NCBI GenBank assembly: GCA_030390025.1
Contig: CM059433.1
Location: 12,278,001-12,342,000, forward strand
Source of the DNA: Squalus acanthias
Lineage: Eukaryota
Direction of reading: 5' to 3'
DNA length: 64,000 bases
The notes under the pieces are model-generated. The model saw nothing but the letters and a program-made list of their open reading frames with translations. It was not told the origin of the DNA and ran no database searches. This document shows, in pieces, positions 36,577 to 49,403 of this stretch. Numbering within the stretch: the first letter of the stretch is position 1; each line of letters opens with the position of its first letter. The translations under genes were made by a program, and so were the position numbers.

Positions 36577-38550
36577 AGAGGCAGGGTGGGGCCTATTAGG
36601 GACAATGAAGGTGATATATGCTCAGAGGCGCAGGGCAAGGCTAGAATACTCAATGAGTACTTTGTATCAGTGTTTACTAAGGAGGTGGATGCTGACAAAA
36701 TATCGGTAGAAGTGGAAAAGGTAGAAGCAATGGAAGGGGTGAAAATTGATAGACAGGATGTACTAGAAAGGCTGGGTATGCTTAGAGTGGATAAGTCGCC
36801 TGGTCCAGATGGCTTGCATCCCAGGTTGCTAAGGGAATTGGGGGAGGAGATAACGGAAGGGCTAGCCATAATTTTCCAATCTTCCCTAGATGCGGGGGAA
36901 GTGCTTGAGGAAGTGGCAAATGTGACACCATTGTTCAAGAAAGGGTGTAAGGACAATCCTAGTAACTACAGGCCGGTCAGTTTAACATCAGTGGTGGGTA
37001 AAGTTTTAGAAACAATAATCAAGGAAAAAATTGACGGGCACTTGGAGAGGTTTAAGCTAATTAAGGAGAGCCAACATGGATTTGTAAAAGGCAGATTGTG
37101 TTTGACTAATCTAATTGAATTTTTTGATGAAGTAACAGGGAGGATTGATGAAGGGAATGCAATGGATGTTGTCTACATGGATTTTAGGAAGGCGTTTGAC
37201 AAAGTACCACATAGAAGGCTGGTTAACAAAATTGAGGCTCGTGGAATAGGTGGGTCAGTGGCAGCTTGGATAAGGAATTTTCTTAAGGACAGAAAACAGC
37301 GTGTTGTGGTAAATGGCTATTTTTCAGACTGGAGGATGGTAGACAGTGGTGTTTCCCCAAGGGTCAGTGCTGGGGCCACTGCTTTTTTTGATATATATAA
37401 ATGACCTGGATATTGGAATACAGAGTAGAATTTCTAAATTTGCCGATGACACCAAACTTGGGGGTGTAGTAAACGGTGAGGATGATACCAATCGACTGCA
37501 ACAGGACATAGAAAGGCTAGCAGAATGGGCAGACAAGTGGCAGATGGAATTTAATACAGAGAAGTATGAGGTGATGCATTTTGGCAGAAGGAACAGGGAG
37601 AGGCAATATACACTCAATGGCACAGTTTTAAAGAGTGCGCAGGGACAGAGGGACCTGGGAGTTAATGTGCATAGGTCCCTGAAGGTGGCAGGACATATTG
37701 AGAGAGTGGTTAACAAAGCATATGGGATCTTGGGCTTCATAAATAGAGGTCATGATGTGGAGATGCCGGCGTTGGACTGGGGTGGACAAAAATGAGAAGT
37801 CGCACAACACCAGGTTATAGTCCAACAGATTTATTTAATTTTACAAGCTTTCGGAGCTGTCGCTCCTGACGAAGGAGCGACAGCTCCGAAAGCTTGTAAA
37901 ATTAAATAAATCTGTTGGACTATAACCTGGTGTTGTGCGACTTCTCATTTTCATAAATAGAGGTATTGAGTACAAAAGTAGAGAAGTTATGCTGAACCTT
38001 TATAAAGCGCTGGTTAGGCCACAACTGGAGTATTGCATCCAGTTCTGGTCACCACACTTTAGGAAGGATCTGAAGGCCCTTGACAGGGTGCAGAGGAGAT
38101 TTACCAGAATGGTTCCGGGGATGGGGGATCTTAGCTACAAGGACAGGTTGGAGAAGCTGGATTTGTTTTCATTAGAGCAAAGGAGGTTGAGGGGTGATTT
38201 GATAGAGGTGTACAAGATTATGACAGGGAAAGGCTGTTCCCACTAGTTAATGGTACAAGGACTAGGGGACATAGATTTAAGGTTTTGGGCAAGAGATACA
38301 GGGGGGATGTGAGGAAAATCTTTTTTACGCAGCGAGTGTTGAGGACCTGGAATTCGCTGCCGACGGAAGTGGTGGAAGCGGAGACACTCAATGTTTTCAA
38401 GGGGAGACGGGATAGGCACTTGAGGGAAATAAACTTGCAGGGCTACGGAGATAGAGAGGGGGAATGGGACTGACTGGATTGCTCTACAGAGAGCTGGCAT
38501 GGACTCGATGGGCCGAATGGCCTCCTTCTGTGCCGTTATGACTCTATGGC
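36577..38550 (+). mobile_element. CR1 LINE, 5'-truncated, back to back with the preceding CR1
   Basis: ORFs 36532-37404, 37346-37795 and 37935-38246 carry RT motifs; CR1 tail. Confidence 0.94.
37751..37949. mobile_element. PLE family B fold-back mini-insertion (inverted plus direct pLTR end)
   Basis: Arms 37789-37867 / 37873-37951 with a 5-nt loop; 15-bp TSD ttcataaatagaggt; core CTGACGA-A-GGAGC gaca GCTCC-GAAA at 37866-37891. Confidence 0.9.
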
Positions 38551-38912
38551 TCTACCTATACTTAACTTTAGCACTGGTGAATTAGGGGATGAATCGGTTT
38601 CACTCATTGTGAAAACACACCAGGTTTGTTTCTGTACATCCAACCCGTGATGGTTATACCTCTAGGATTTATTTAGTAAATTCAGATAGTGTAAGAAAGA
38701 AGTTTTAACTTAGCAAACAAGGAGTTAAAAGAATACAAACTATATTGAGCCAGAGGTCAGATGAGATTATTGATCAGATGCCTTATTCAAACAACCAGGA
38801 CTGTCTGCAAGGAGATGGTGACTCATCCCAGGGAAACAGATTAAAGAAACTGTAACTGCAGGGAATCTAGAGTCAGTTGAATACTGCAGCTGAATTTTAT
38901 GTTTAGTTGAAA

Positions 38913-39840
38913 AGGTTTCTCCCGATGGATCAGTGGGTAAATGAACCACCTGGTGTGTAACTGAGCCATACAGATCTGGAAGGCACCAGGCTTAATTCCC
39001 AGTCTGTGTTGAGTTAGCTGATCTCATCACGGGTGGCAGCAGGGGTCCTATAACTGGCCTCCGTACTTTTGGACTATAGCGGGGGATGTGGGGTGTGGTG
39101 GGAGCGGTGGCGGAAACAAGCCAGGGTTCTTGCACCTGCACAAGTGACAGTTGCTGGAAAGTATGGACGGTGGGCGAAAAAAACGTCAAGGCAAATGCTG
39201 AGATCCACCCACTCGGGAACCTCTGCCACTGACCCCACCAACATTTGTGGGGTTAGGAGGTTGGTCCCTTACCATGTAAATGGTGAGTAGCCTTTTTGTA
39301 GGGGGGGTGGGGGGAGAGCGGGGTGGGGGGGGGGTGCGGGGGCAGGGGCTGCAGTTAAATACATTTTTTTTAAAGTTGTAATTTTTACTTCAGAACATCC
39401 AGGTCACAATCCCGGCCTAAACCGGTCCTTTGTTTGGCCGGCATGCTGGGTCCATCTGAGAGTCGGAGATTTGGGGAACTTCCAACATAGGGAGTTTCTG
39501 CACCAATGGCCTTGTCTGGGATGTCAGAGGCTGTGCCACCAATGGCCTTGTCTGGGATGCCAGAGGCTGTGCCAACAATAGGGAGTTTCTGCACCAATGG
39601 CCTTGTCTGGGATGCCAGAGGCTGTGCCACCAATGGCCTTTTCTGGGATGCTACAGGCTCTGCCACCAATAGCCCAACCAGCAAACTTCCAGGGAAGGCA
39701 GAGACTCAGCTGGTAACCCTCCGGCTGGAGTTATGGCGGGAATGTGCTGCAGATTCTCAGCCCCATTCACTGCTTGGCTCACGCACGAAGAGTGGCCACG
39801 TGGCCAGGTGCTAGATGGCTGTCTGTACTCACTCAACGTA
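38913..39840 (+). mobile_element. AmnSINE2-like ancient SINE split by an insertion (~39171-39763)
   Basis: ctgagccatacaga..ggaagg..ctgtgttgagttagctgatctca and later ggctcacgcacgaagagtggccac resemble AmnSINE2. Recognised from memory only. Confidence 0.55.
39485..39675. repeat. 36-bp minisatellite, ~4 copies in a duplicated two-unit block
   Basis: Unit ccaccaatggccttgtctgggatgccagaggctgtg; atagggagtttctg precedes each pair. Confidence 0.85.
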
Positions 39841-40199
39841 GAACAATCTGAAGTCGTACATTGCGGCAGTAATGTTGGGGCAAGGAAAGACGACTTAAAT
39901 AGTAAGGAACCAAAATTCCGATGGTGTTGCTGCATGGGCGGGACTTTTGCCGGCAATGATGTTGTGACCCTGACCGCACGGTAAATTATGGGGTCAGATA
40001 ATTTAACTACTGAGAGGCGCACATGCTGCGTAAATTCAGCCTGCACTGCCTCAGGTATGCTGGGATGGGTGGGCAGGATACATGCAAAGTGGCGGGAGTT
40101 AGGCCACAACTGCACCCTGAATGGTTGTCAGTTTGAGAAAGGGGGCAGAAAATAGTTGGAGGAGAGGTGGAGATATAAAACCCGCCGCTACTTAAAGGG

Positions 40200-40715
40200 G
40201 CAATGGCAGCGGACAAGCTGTGCGGGAAGGACAGCTACCTGATCAAAGAGAAGTGCGCCAAACTTCAGAGAGTCTGATTCGAATGCCCTCCTAATGGAAG
40301 TGCAGAGCATCAAAGACGGACTTGTTTGGTGTTAAGGGCTGAAGACTTACCCAGAATGTGGGACACACTATTTGAAGGGACGTGGCTGTGGCAGTGAGTA
40401 CTGACGTAAGAGAACTACTAGGCACTTGGTCTAAGTGTTAAACAAAGCTTTAATCAACTGTTTTACAACATGGAGATCTAGTTGTGTCCTTCAATAGTTC
40501 CTGTTAAGAATGTCCCGCGCAAGCTGGGCCCGTGCCCGAGTATTTATACTCTCCCTGGACAGCGCCACCAGCAGGCCGCCCAGTATTATTTCATAAGTCA
40601 TTTCCACATGAATGACAAGATTCATGTCAAGTACCACCTCATTGACCACAGGACTCCTCCGCAGTGCAGGAAGAAATGTAGTGACTTCACCCGAGCAGCC
40701 AAAATAAGCTACCTG
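40200..40715 (+). pseudogene. Degraded Harbinger Myb/SANT exon 1 split by a solo LTR
   Basis: RSAPNFRESDSNALLMEVQ ... RTPPQCRKKCSDFTRAAK. Confidence 0.65.
40402..40629 (-). mobile_element. Solo LTR, 228 bp (copy 2)
   Basis: TGAC...GTCA ends, 5-bp TSD agtac. Confidence 0.87.
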
Positions 40716-41289
40716 CTCCCTCGACCCTTGCGTCCCTTTATATGTGTGGCTCTCCTTCATTCATTGCACTCTCTGTGCTCCAGGGCTGTACTTTGAACCA
40801 CTGACTCCCTTCTTCCATCGTTATTCACCTGCTGCCTACAAATGCACCTTTCCTCACTGTGTGGCATGCAGGAGCCAAGCTCCCTAACTCACCACACCTT
40901 CCTTTCCACCCTTCTTATAACCTTATGTGTCAAACTGTTGTAACAAAAGACTCTGTCCAGCCCTCCCCTGCCATACTCACGTCTGGTGTGGTAAGTCACG
41001 CAGGTAACCTCCTCTTCTTTCCTACGAGCTGAAGTTGTCAGGTGCAATTCTGGCATAAATGGTAGAATTTCTGGGGCAGCTGCTTTTGCTCTCATTATCC
41101 TGTCATTTTGCATATATGGTGGGGTGGGGTGGGGTGGGGCGTGGGCGTCTTCTGCTAGCACCCAGTTCCAAAGGAATTCAGCGTGTATTTTAGAACAGTC
41201 ATAACTCTGGCACATCTGACATGACCCAAATTCCCGTCCACGGAGCCAGAAGTCTGCGGGATTTCGGGTCCTGATGTTTAACTGGATCA

Positions 41290-41630
41290 GAGGAGCTGAG
41301 GGACCTTGGTGTGCAGATACACAGGTTATTAAAGGTGGCAATGCAAGTAGAAACGGCCATCAAAAAAAGGCAAGTGGAATCTTTGGTTTTGTACCTTGAG
41401 GCATTGAATGCAAAAGCAAGGAGGAACTTATACAAGACCTTCGTTAGGCTGTAGTTGGAGTATTGTGTGCGGTTTTGGACACCCCATTACAGAAAGATAT
41501 AAAATAATAGAATGGGTGCAGCTTAGATGCACTGGGATGTTCCCAGGGATGAATGGTCTCATTTATGGTAAGAGACTAGACAGGTCAGGGCTTTTTCACT
41601 AAAACTAGGAAGGTTAAGGGAAGATGGAAC
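41290..41630 (+). mobile_element. Old CR1 fragment
   Basis: LYKTFVRL.LEYCVRFWTP remnant. Confidence 0.7.
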
Positions 41631-41719
41631 AGGAACATGTCTGATTTACTCTGTTATAACGGTGAGCGTAGTCAGCCTCATCATTGTCCTTAACGCAAAA
41701 TCCGGTCCATTAGGAAAGA

Positions 41720-42745
41720 TGACCAAAGGCTTGGTCAAAGAGGTGAGTTTAAAGCAGCATCTTAAAGGAGGAGAGGGAGGCAGAGAAGCTTAGGGAGGGA
41801 ATTCCAGTGCTTAGGGCCCAGGCAGCTGAAGGCACGGCCACCAACAGTGGAGCGATTAAAATCGGGGATGCGTAAAAGGCCAGAATTGGAGGAGCGCAGA
41901 GATTGCGGAGGGTTATAGAGCTGGAGGAGGTTACAGAGATAGGGAGGGGCGAGGCCGTGGAGAGATTTGAAAAGAAGGATGAGAATTTTAAAATCGAGGC
42001 GTTGCCGGACCGGGAGCCAATGTAGGTCAGCGAGCAACATGAGGTGATGGGTGAATGGGACTTGGTGCGAGTTAGGTCATGGGCAGCCGAGTTTTGGATG
42101 AGCTCAAGTTTATAGAGGGTGGGAGATGGGAGGCCAGTCAGGAGTGCGTTGGAATAGTCAAGTCTAGAGGTAACAAAAGGCGTGGATGAGGGTTTCAGCA
42201 GCGGATGAGCTGAGGCAAGGACGGAGACGGGCGAAGTTACGGAGATGGAAGTCGGCGGTCTCGCTGATGGAGCAGATATGTGGTCGGAAGCTCACCTCAG
42301 GATTAAATAGGATGCCAAGGTTGCAAATGGTCTGGTCCAGTCTCAGGCAGTGACCAAAGGAGAGGGATGGAGTCAGTTGCTTGGGAACGGAGTTTGTGGT
42401 TTTGGTCTTCCCAATATTTAGTTGGAGAAAAGGTCTGCTTATCTAGGACTGGATGTCGGATAAGCAGTGTGACAAATTAGAGACAGTGGAGGGGTCGAGA
42501 GAGACGCTGGTGAGGTAGAGTTGGGTGTCGTCAGTGTACACGTGGAACCTGATGGATGATGATGCTGAAGGGCAGCATGTAGATGAGAAATAGGAGGCGG
42601 GTCAAGGATAGATCCTTGGGGGATTCCAGAGGTAACGATGCGGGAGTGGGAAGAGAAGCCTTTGCAGGTGATGCTCTGGCTACGACTGGATAGTTGAGTA
42701 TGGAACCAGGCCAGGGCAGTCCCACCCAGCTGGACGACGGATTCA
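41720..42745 (-). mobile_element. L2 LINE fragment
   Basis: LADLHWLPVRQRLDFKIL..LAPPYL, GIPQGSILDP. Confidence 0.9.
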
Positions 42746-43089
42746 GCAGCCCAGCCCAACCCAATGCCTTGGAGGAGAAGAGAAAATTGTAAAAAAGTAG
42801 AAAGCTCTCAGGAAAGGAAAATAAATGTGGTATAATCACACACCCTTTCAATAACTGCTAATACAGAATTGAATCAATAAGAACATTAGAAACCATGGAA
42901 TAGGAAGATGTAATTGTGATTTCTTCAATGAGCAACATATACACAATTTGAACTGTTGCATACTCTGTAATCATCTAATTTCCAGGATGTCAATGTACTA
43001 TTATTTGACCCTAACTGACTATATTCCATAGATTATGTTCTTATGGCCCGAACAGCACCTCAGCATGCAGCATTTAATCATCTAACTCT

Positions 43090-43540
43090 ACACTTATGCC
43101 GATATCTTTCAGTCTGTTTCATAAACAAATATTCAAGTAGTTCCTTTCAAAAGGGGTTAATCAGCATAAAACTGACACCTTCGATAGGAGTCTATTCCAT
43201 AGTTTCACAGCTATGCCAAAAAAAATTCTTAAAATTTCAGTCAGTTTTAAGCCTTGCGATTTTATACTTGTGTCCTCGCAACCTGCAATCAGTTTGTTGA
43301 ACAAACTACCGACATCTGCCATATTATTCATTCCAGTCAGCATTTTAAAAACCTCTCGATTTTCTCCAGCGAGAATAAGCTCAGTTCTGTCTATCCAGTT
43401 TCATAGCTTGGTATTTTGAATCATAGAATTATCCTTGGTGTCCTTCTCCGAATACTCTCCAATGCAACCATGTTCTTTTCAAGATAAAGTACCCCAAATT
43501 ACACTTAGTATTTCAAATGTGGCTTTATTAATATTTGTCT
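43090..43540 (-). mobile_element. Old CR1 3' fragment
   Basis: Degraded LKY.V.FGVLYLEKNMVALESIRRR and VKLWNRL. Confidence 0.6.
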
Positions 43541-44920
43541 TGTCTACACATTTATTTACTGTGTGGCAAGGTGCAGCTGTAAAATGACCCTAACAAGGAT
43601 TGCTGTGTCACAAACGTGACCTGGGCAACACAGGAGTTAAAGAAAGTCTGCTGGGTTTTCAGTTTGAGATTTCCAATAGTGTAGTACATGCTGCAACAGC
43701 TTTACACTGGCAAGCGATGATTAACTATGCACTTGAGCCTGCGCGTACTCGGGATGGAGTTTCAGGTGGTGGCACTCATCTGGGGAAGAGCTCCACGGGC
43801 GGGATAAAACATTTGTCTGAAGTTTCACAATTGGTATTCCGCGCAGATGTTAGGATCAATATTGGAGCGTCAAAGCTCAGCTGCAGCAACTCTTGCGTTC
43901 TTCCCATAAGCAAGGAGGCTTGGGTTAAGTGGCAGCAAATCCTGTGGTCCCGCTCCTGTCATTAATCTTGTAAAGGAATGACAGCCCAGGCGCTTCTTTA
44001 TAACGTTAAGAGGGCCGAATCAGGCTTGAAGGTGGCAACCTTACCCTCGCCCACTGTACTACCTGGCCTTGGAATGTTACAGGAAAGAATTTTCTCTGCA
44101 GCTTGCCAAAACAGGCCTGGAATATTGAATCACGGACTGGATATGGAAACAAGCATCCTCAAGACGCATTCCAGGACTTGATTACTTTGTTGCTAATAGC
44201 CTTTGATTGATTTTCCACTTTTAATAGTAGTATATCAATCATAAGACTGAAGTTCCAGCAGTGAAGGAACTGTGCCTCAGTATACATAATCCATGGTTAG
44301 TAGTCAGCGAGGGGCCATTCCAGTATAGCTATTTCAATGGAACTTTAAAGTGAACTTCTATAACTTTATATCAGTTATGATTTCAAGGCATTTATTCTGA
44401 CCAGGGTGGTGGGCATGCCCAGGAGTACAGAGGTAGCGCAAGAGGCAAAACAAGAAAACAAAAAAAGAACAATTGGGTCGAGAGTCACAGGATATTCACG
44501 CATTGTGAACACAGGAACAGGAGGAGGCCATTCAGCCCCTCAAAGCCTGTTCCACCATTCAATTAGATCATGGCTGATCTGTATCTTAACTCCATCTATC
44601 CTCCTTGGTGCCGTAACTCTTAATACCCTTGCCTAACAAAAATCTAACAATCTCAGTTTTTAAATTTTCAATTGACCCCCCCAGCCTCAACAGCTGTTTG
44701 GGAGAGAGAGTTCCAGATTCCCACTACCCTTTGTGTGAAGAAGTGCTTCCTGACATCACCCCTGAATGGCCTGGCTCTAATTTTAAGGTTGTGCCCCCTT
44801 GTTCTGGACTCCCCCCACCAGAGGAAATAGTTTCTCTCTATCTACCCTATCAAATCCTTTAATCATCTTAAAAACCTCAGTTAATCACCCCTTAATCTTC
44901 CAAATTCAAGGGAATACAAA

Positions 44921-46998
44921 ATAACAACAGAAAACGCTGGAAAAACTCAGCAGGCCAGGCAGCATCCGTGGAGAGAGAAAGAGAGTTAACGTTTCAGGTC
45001 GATGACCTTTCATCAGAACTGTGAAGAGCCAGAAATCAAATAGATTTAAGGCCAGAGTAAAGCTGGGAAAAGGGGGAGGGGATAAAGGAACAAAGGGGGA
45101 GATGAAGAGACATTAAGAGACATTAAGAGATATGCAAGGCTAGAGGTGGTGTAAATGTGACAGATTAAGGCTGAAAGAAGTGTGAAATCCACTGGCAGAA
45201 TGAAGGACAGCTGCCAGCTTCTAGGAGGAAAAAAAAAGGTGGGGGGGGGCAAATAAAAGGGTGGAAAAAATAAAATATAAATGTGATTGGAGCTGAGGTT
45301 ATGATCTAAAATTGTTGAACTCGATATTGAGTCCAGAGGGCTGTAGCGTGCCTAAACGAAAGATGAGGTGCTGTTCCTCGAGCTTACGCTGCGCTTCCGT
45401 GGAACAGTGTAATAGGCCGAGGACGGTGAGGTCAGAGTGGGAGAGAAGCGGTGAATTAAAGTGACAGGCCACCGGGAGCTCGGGGTCCCCCTTACGGACT
45501 GAACGGAGGTGTTCCGCAAAGCGGTCACCCAATCTGCGTTTGGTCTCCCCAATGTAGAGGAGACCACATCGTGAGCAGCGAATACAGTATACTAAATTGC
45601 AGGAAGTACAAGTAAATCGCTGTTTCACCTGGAAGGGGTGTTTGGGGCCCTGGACAGTGGGAAGAGGGGAGGTGTAAGGGCATGTGTAGCATCTCCTGCG
45701 CGTGCACGGGAAGGTGCCGGGCGAAGGGGAAGGGGTGCTGGGGGTGGTAGAGGAGAGGACTAGGGTGTCGCGGAGGGAGCGGTCCCTGCGGAATGCTGAA
45801 AGGGGAGGTGAGGGGAAGATGTGTTTGGTGGTGGGATCACACTGGAGGTGGCGGAAATGGCGGAGGATGATCCGTTGAATGTGGAGGCTGGTGGGGTGAA
45901 AGGTGAGGACAAGGGGAACCCTATCGTGGTTCCGGGAGGGAGGGGCAGGGGTGAGGGCAGAAGTGCGGGAGATAGAACGGACACGGTCGAGGGCCGTGTC
46001 GACCACGGTAGAGGGGAATCCTCGGTTGAGGAAAAAGGAAGACATGTCGGAAGCACTGGTATGGAAGGTGGCATCATCAGAGCAGATGCGGCGGAGACGG
46101 AGAAACTGGGAGAATGGAATAGAGTCCTTACAGGAGGCGGGGTGGGAGGAAGTGTAGTCCAGGTAGCTGTGGGAGTCAGTGGGCTTGTAGTGAATGTTAG
46201 TCAATAACCTATCCCCAGAGATGGAGATGGAGAAGTCGAGGAAGGGAAGGAAGAGTCGGAGATGGACCATGTGAAGGTGAGGGAAGGGTGGAAATTGGAA
46301 GCATAGTGAATGAAATGTTCTAGTTCAGGGCGAGAGCAGGAGACGGCACCGATACAGTCATCAATGTACCGGAAAAAGAGGTGAGGGAGGGGACCCGAGT
46401 AGGACTGGAACAAAGAGTGTTCCACATATCCCACGAAAAGGCAGGCATAGCTAGGACCCATGCGGGTACCCATAGCAACACCTTTAATTTGGAGGAAATG
46501 GGTAGAGTCAAAGGAGAAGTTGTTCAATGTGAGAACAAGTTCAGCCAGGCGGAGGAGGGTGGTGGTGGATGGGGACTGGTTGGGCCTCTGTTCAAGGAAG
46601 AAGCGGAGCGCCCTCAGGCCATCCTGGTGGGGAATGGAGGTGTAGAGGGATTGTACGTCCATAGTGAAGAGTAGACGGTTGGGGCCGGGAAACTGGAAAC
46701 TGTTAAAATGGCGGAGGGCATCGGAAGAGTCGCGGATGTAGGTGGGAAGAGACTGGACAAGGGGAGAAAAAATAGAGTCGAGATAGGAAGAGATAAGTTC
46801 CGTGGGGCAAGAACAGGCTGAAACGATGGGTCTACCGGGGCAGTCCTGTTTGTGGATCTTGGGAAGGAGGTAGAAGCGGGCTGTGCGCGGTTGGGGAACT
46901 ATGAGGTTGGCGGCCGTGGGGGGAAGATCTCCAGAGGAGATGAGGTCAGTGACGGTCTTGGACACGGTGGCTTGATGTTCAGTAGTGGGGTCATGGTC
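44921..46998 (-). mobile_element. Penelope-like element family A, young 5'-truncated copy (RT, GIY-YIG, pLTR)
   Basis: [44 protein letters not shown]; one frameshift near 46250. Confidence 0.96.
44984..45020 (-). ncRNA. Minimal hammerhead ribozyme motif (PLE family A), best-preserved copy
   Basis: Minus strand AGTT-CTGATGA-A-AGGTC atc GACCT-GAAA-CGT-T-AACT. Confidence 0.75.
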
Positions 46999-48151
46999 CA
47001 AACCTAGTCTATGCAACCTGTCCTCATAATTTAACCCTTTTAGCCCCGGTATCATTCTGGTGAATCTGCGCTGCACCCCCTCCAAGGCCAATATATCATT
47101 CCTGAGGTGCGGTGCCCAGAACTGAACGCAATATTCCAGATGGGGTCTAACCAGAGCTCTGTACAACAGTAACATAACTTAATATTCCAGGCCTCTTGAG
47201 ATAAAGGCCAACATTCCATTAGCCTTTTAAATTATTTTTTGCACCTGTCCACTAGCTTTCAGTGATTGCTGTACATGGACCCCTAAATCTCTCTGCTCCC
47301 CCACAATTCCGAGCTTCTCGGCCATTTAGAAAATATGCTGACCTATCTTCGTAGGCCCAAAGTGGATGTCCTCACATTTCCCCTCATTGAACTCCATCTG
47401 CCACAGTTTTGCCCACTTACTTAACCTACAAATGTCCCTTTGCATCATTCTGCTCCCATCTACACTATTTACTGTGTAACCTAATTTGGTGTTGTCACCA
47501 AACCTGGATATATTAAACAACATGGAGTCACTATGTGTACATGAGGAACCAGTTTGCTCTCCCAGGGATTAAGAACCTGTTTAACTGGAGCGGACTGTAG
47601 TAGAGGTGATAGTTTTCCTGGATCTTCCTCTGAATTACTGCCCATTTTTGGGGGGCAGTATATGGAGTAAAATGGGCGGTGATACCCCCTCAAAAATGGC
47701 CGTCCAGTACAGCACCAAAACGTTCCTGGGAAAAAAATTGCAGGTCCCTTTTCAGGCCAGCCAGGAGCCTGCTCTTCCACTGTTCCCTTGTTCTGAAGAG
47801 GAGGATGGGGGAGGAAATGAAAGAAGCTGGATTGGAGGGACTTAGAGTGAGGCATCACAGAAGCCATCTGCTCCCCACATGCACATACCCACTCACCAGG
47901 GTACACAGATAAATAAGGTCTTAGTTAGACTGTCCTGCACATCAGTGCCTCAGAAGGCTGCACTTCCTTTCTGGATGCTATTGGAGAGATTTGTCAGCTG
48001 TTGGCTGAAGACTTGTGCTCCACTTCCACCAGGAGAACAGCAGTGTCGTACGAATCAAAGTCACCACTGCCTTGAATTTCTTTGTAACTGGATCCTTCCA
48101 GGTAATATCTGGTGAGCTTTGCCACATTAGTCAAGCAGCTACTCACCATTG

Positions 48152-48620
48152 TGTGAGCTCAGTGGGTAGCACACTCGCCTCTGAGTCAGAAGGTTGTGGG
48201 TTCACAGTCCCACTCCAGGGACTTGAGCACATAAAGCTAGGCTGACACTCTCCCAGTGCAGTGCTGAGGGAGTGCTGCACTGTCGGAGGTGCCGTCTTTC
48301 GGATGAGACGTTAAACCGAGGCCCCGTCTGCTCTCTCGGGTGGACGTAAATGATCCCACGGCACTATTTCGAAGAAGAGCAGGGAAGTTATCCCCGGTGT
48401 CCTGGGCCAATATTTATCCCTTAACCAACAGAACAAAAAACAGATTATCTGGTCATTGTGACATTGTTGTTTGTGGGAGCTTGCTGTGTGCAGAATGGCT
48501 GCTGCGTTTCCTACATTACAGCAGTGACTACACTTCAAATAGTATTTCATTGACTGTAAAGCGCTTTGGGACATCCGGTGGTCGTGAAAGGCACTATAGA
48601 AATGCAAGTCTTTTTTTTAT
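48152..48620 (+). mobile_element. DeuSINE, full length
   Basis: Colinear with 9438-9915. Confidence 0.9.
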
Positions 48621-48960
48621 TGCATCAAGAAGGCGACTGATGTTGAGAGAAACAAAGAGAGAAAGCTATTCAGTTCTACAGACGGACAGGGTTCTACAAG
48701 TGCAAGGAGATATTGACAGAAAGCATGCGGCACTCAAAGCCCCGTATGACTACCCCTCAATTTTTTGAACAGGAAATGCCTTCATTCGATTAATGTTCAG
48801 CTGGTGTGCAATGCTTTACCCTATCTGTGACTGTGCGCAATGCCCAGCAAGCTGTCAGGATGCTTTCATTACGTGACAACCTCCCTTACCAGCCCGCAAG
48901 TCTTGGAGCCAGGTATGTTTGGTGATCAGGGCTGTCCTCTACAATCATGGCGAATAAGTG

Positions 48961-49403
48961 TCAGCTGTGGCTCAGTTGGTAGCACACTCGCCTCTGAGTC
49001 AGAAGGTTGTGGGTTCACAGTCCCCACTCCAGTGACTTTAGCACAAAAATCTAGGCTGACACTCCAGTGCTGCACTGTCGGAGGTGCCGTCTTTCGATGA
49101 GACGTTAAACTGAGGCCCCGTCTGCTCTCTCAGGTGGATGTAAAAGATCCCATGACACTACTTCGAAGGAGAGCAGGGGAGTTATCCCTGGTGTCCTGGC
49201 CAATACTTATCCCTTAACAAAAAAACAGATTATCTGGTCATTATCACATTGCTGTTTCTGGGAGCTTGCTGTATGCAAATTGGCTGCTGCGTTTCCCACA
49301 TTACAACAGTGACTAGACTTCAAAAAGTACTTCATTGGCTGTAAAGTGCTTTGAGACGTCTGGTGGTCGTGAAAGGCGCTATATAAATGCAAGTCTTTTT
49401 TTC
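48961..49403 (+). mobile_element. DeuSINE, full length with small deletions
   Basis: Colinear with 9438-9915. Confidence 0.9.

Larger units (their letters stand above)
44505..47520 (-). mobile_element. CR1 LINE split by a PLE insertion
   Basis: gggaatacaaa|cctagtc rejoins across 44921-46998; RT motifs on both sides. Confidence 0.9.

Noticed and set aside
39385..39814. Repeat-containing ORFs on both strands
   Set aside because: Open only because the 36-bp unit is a multiple of three; lies inside an inserted element.
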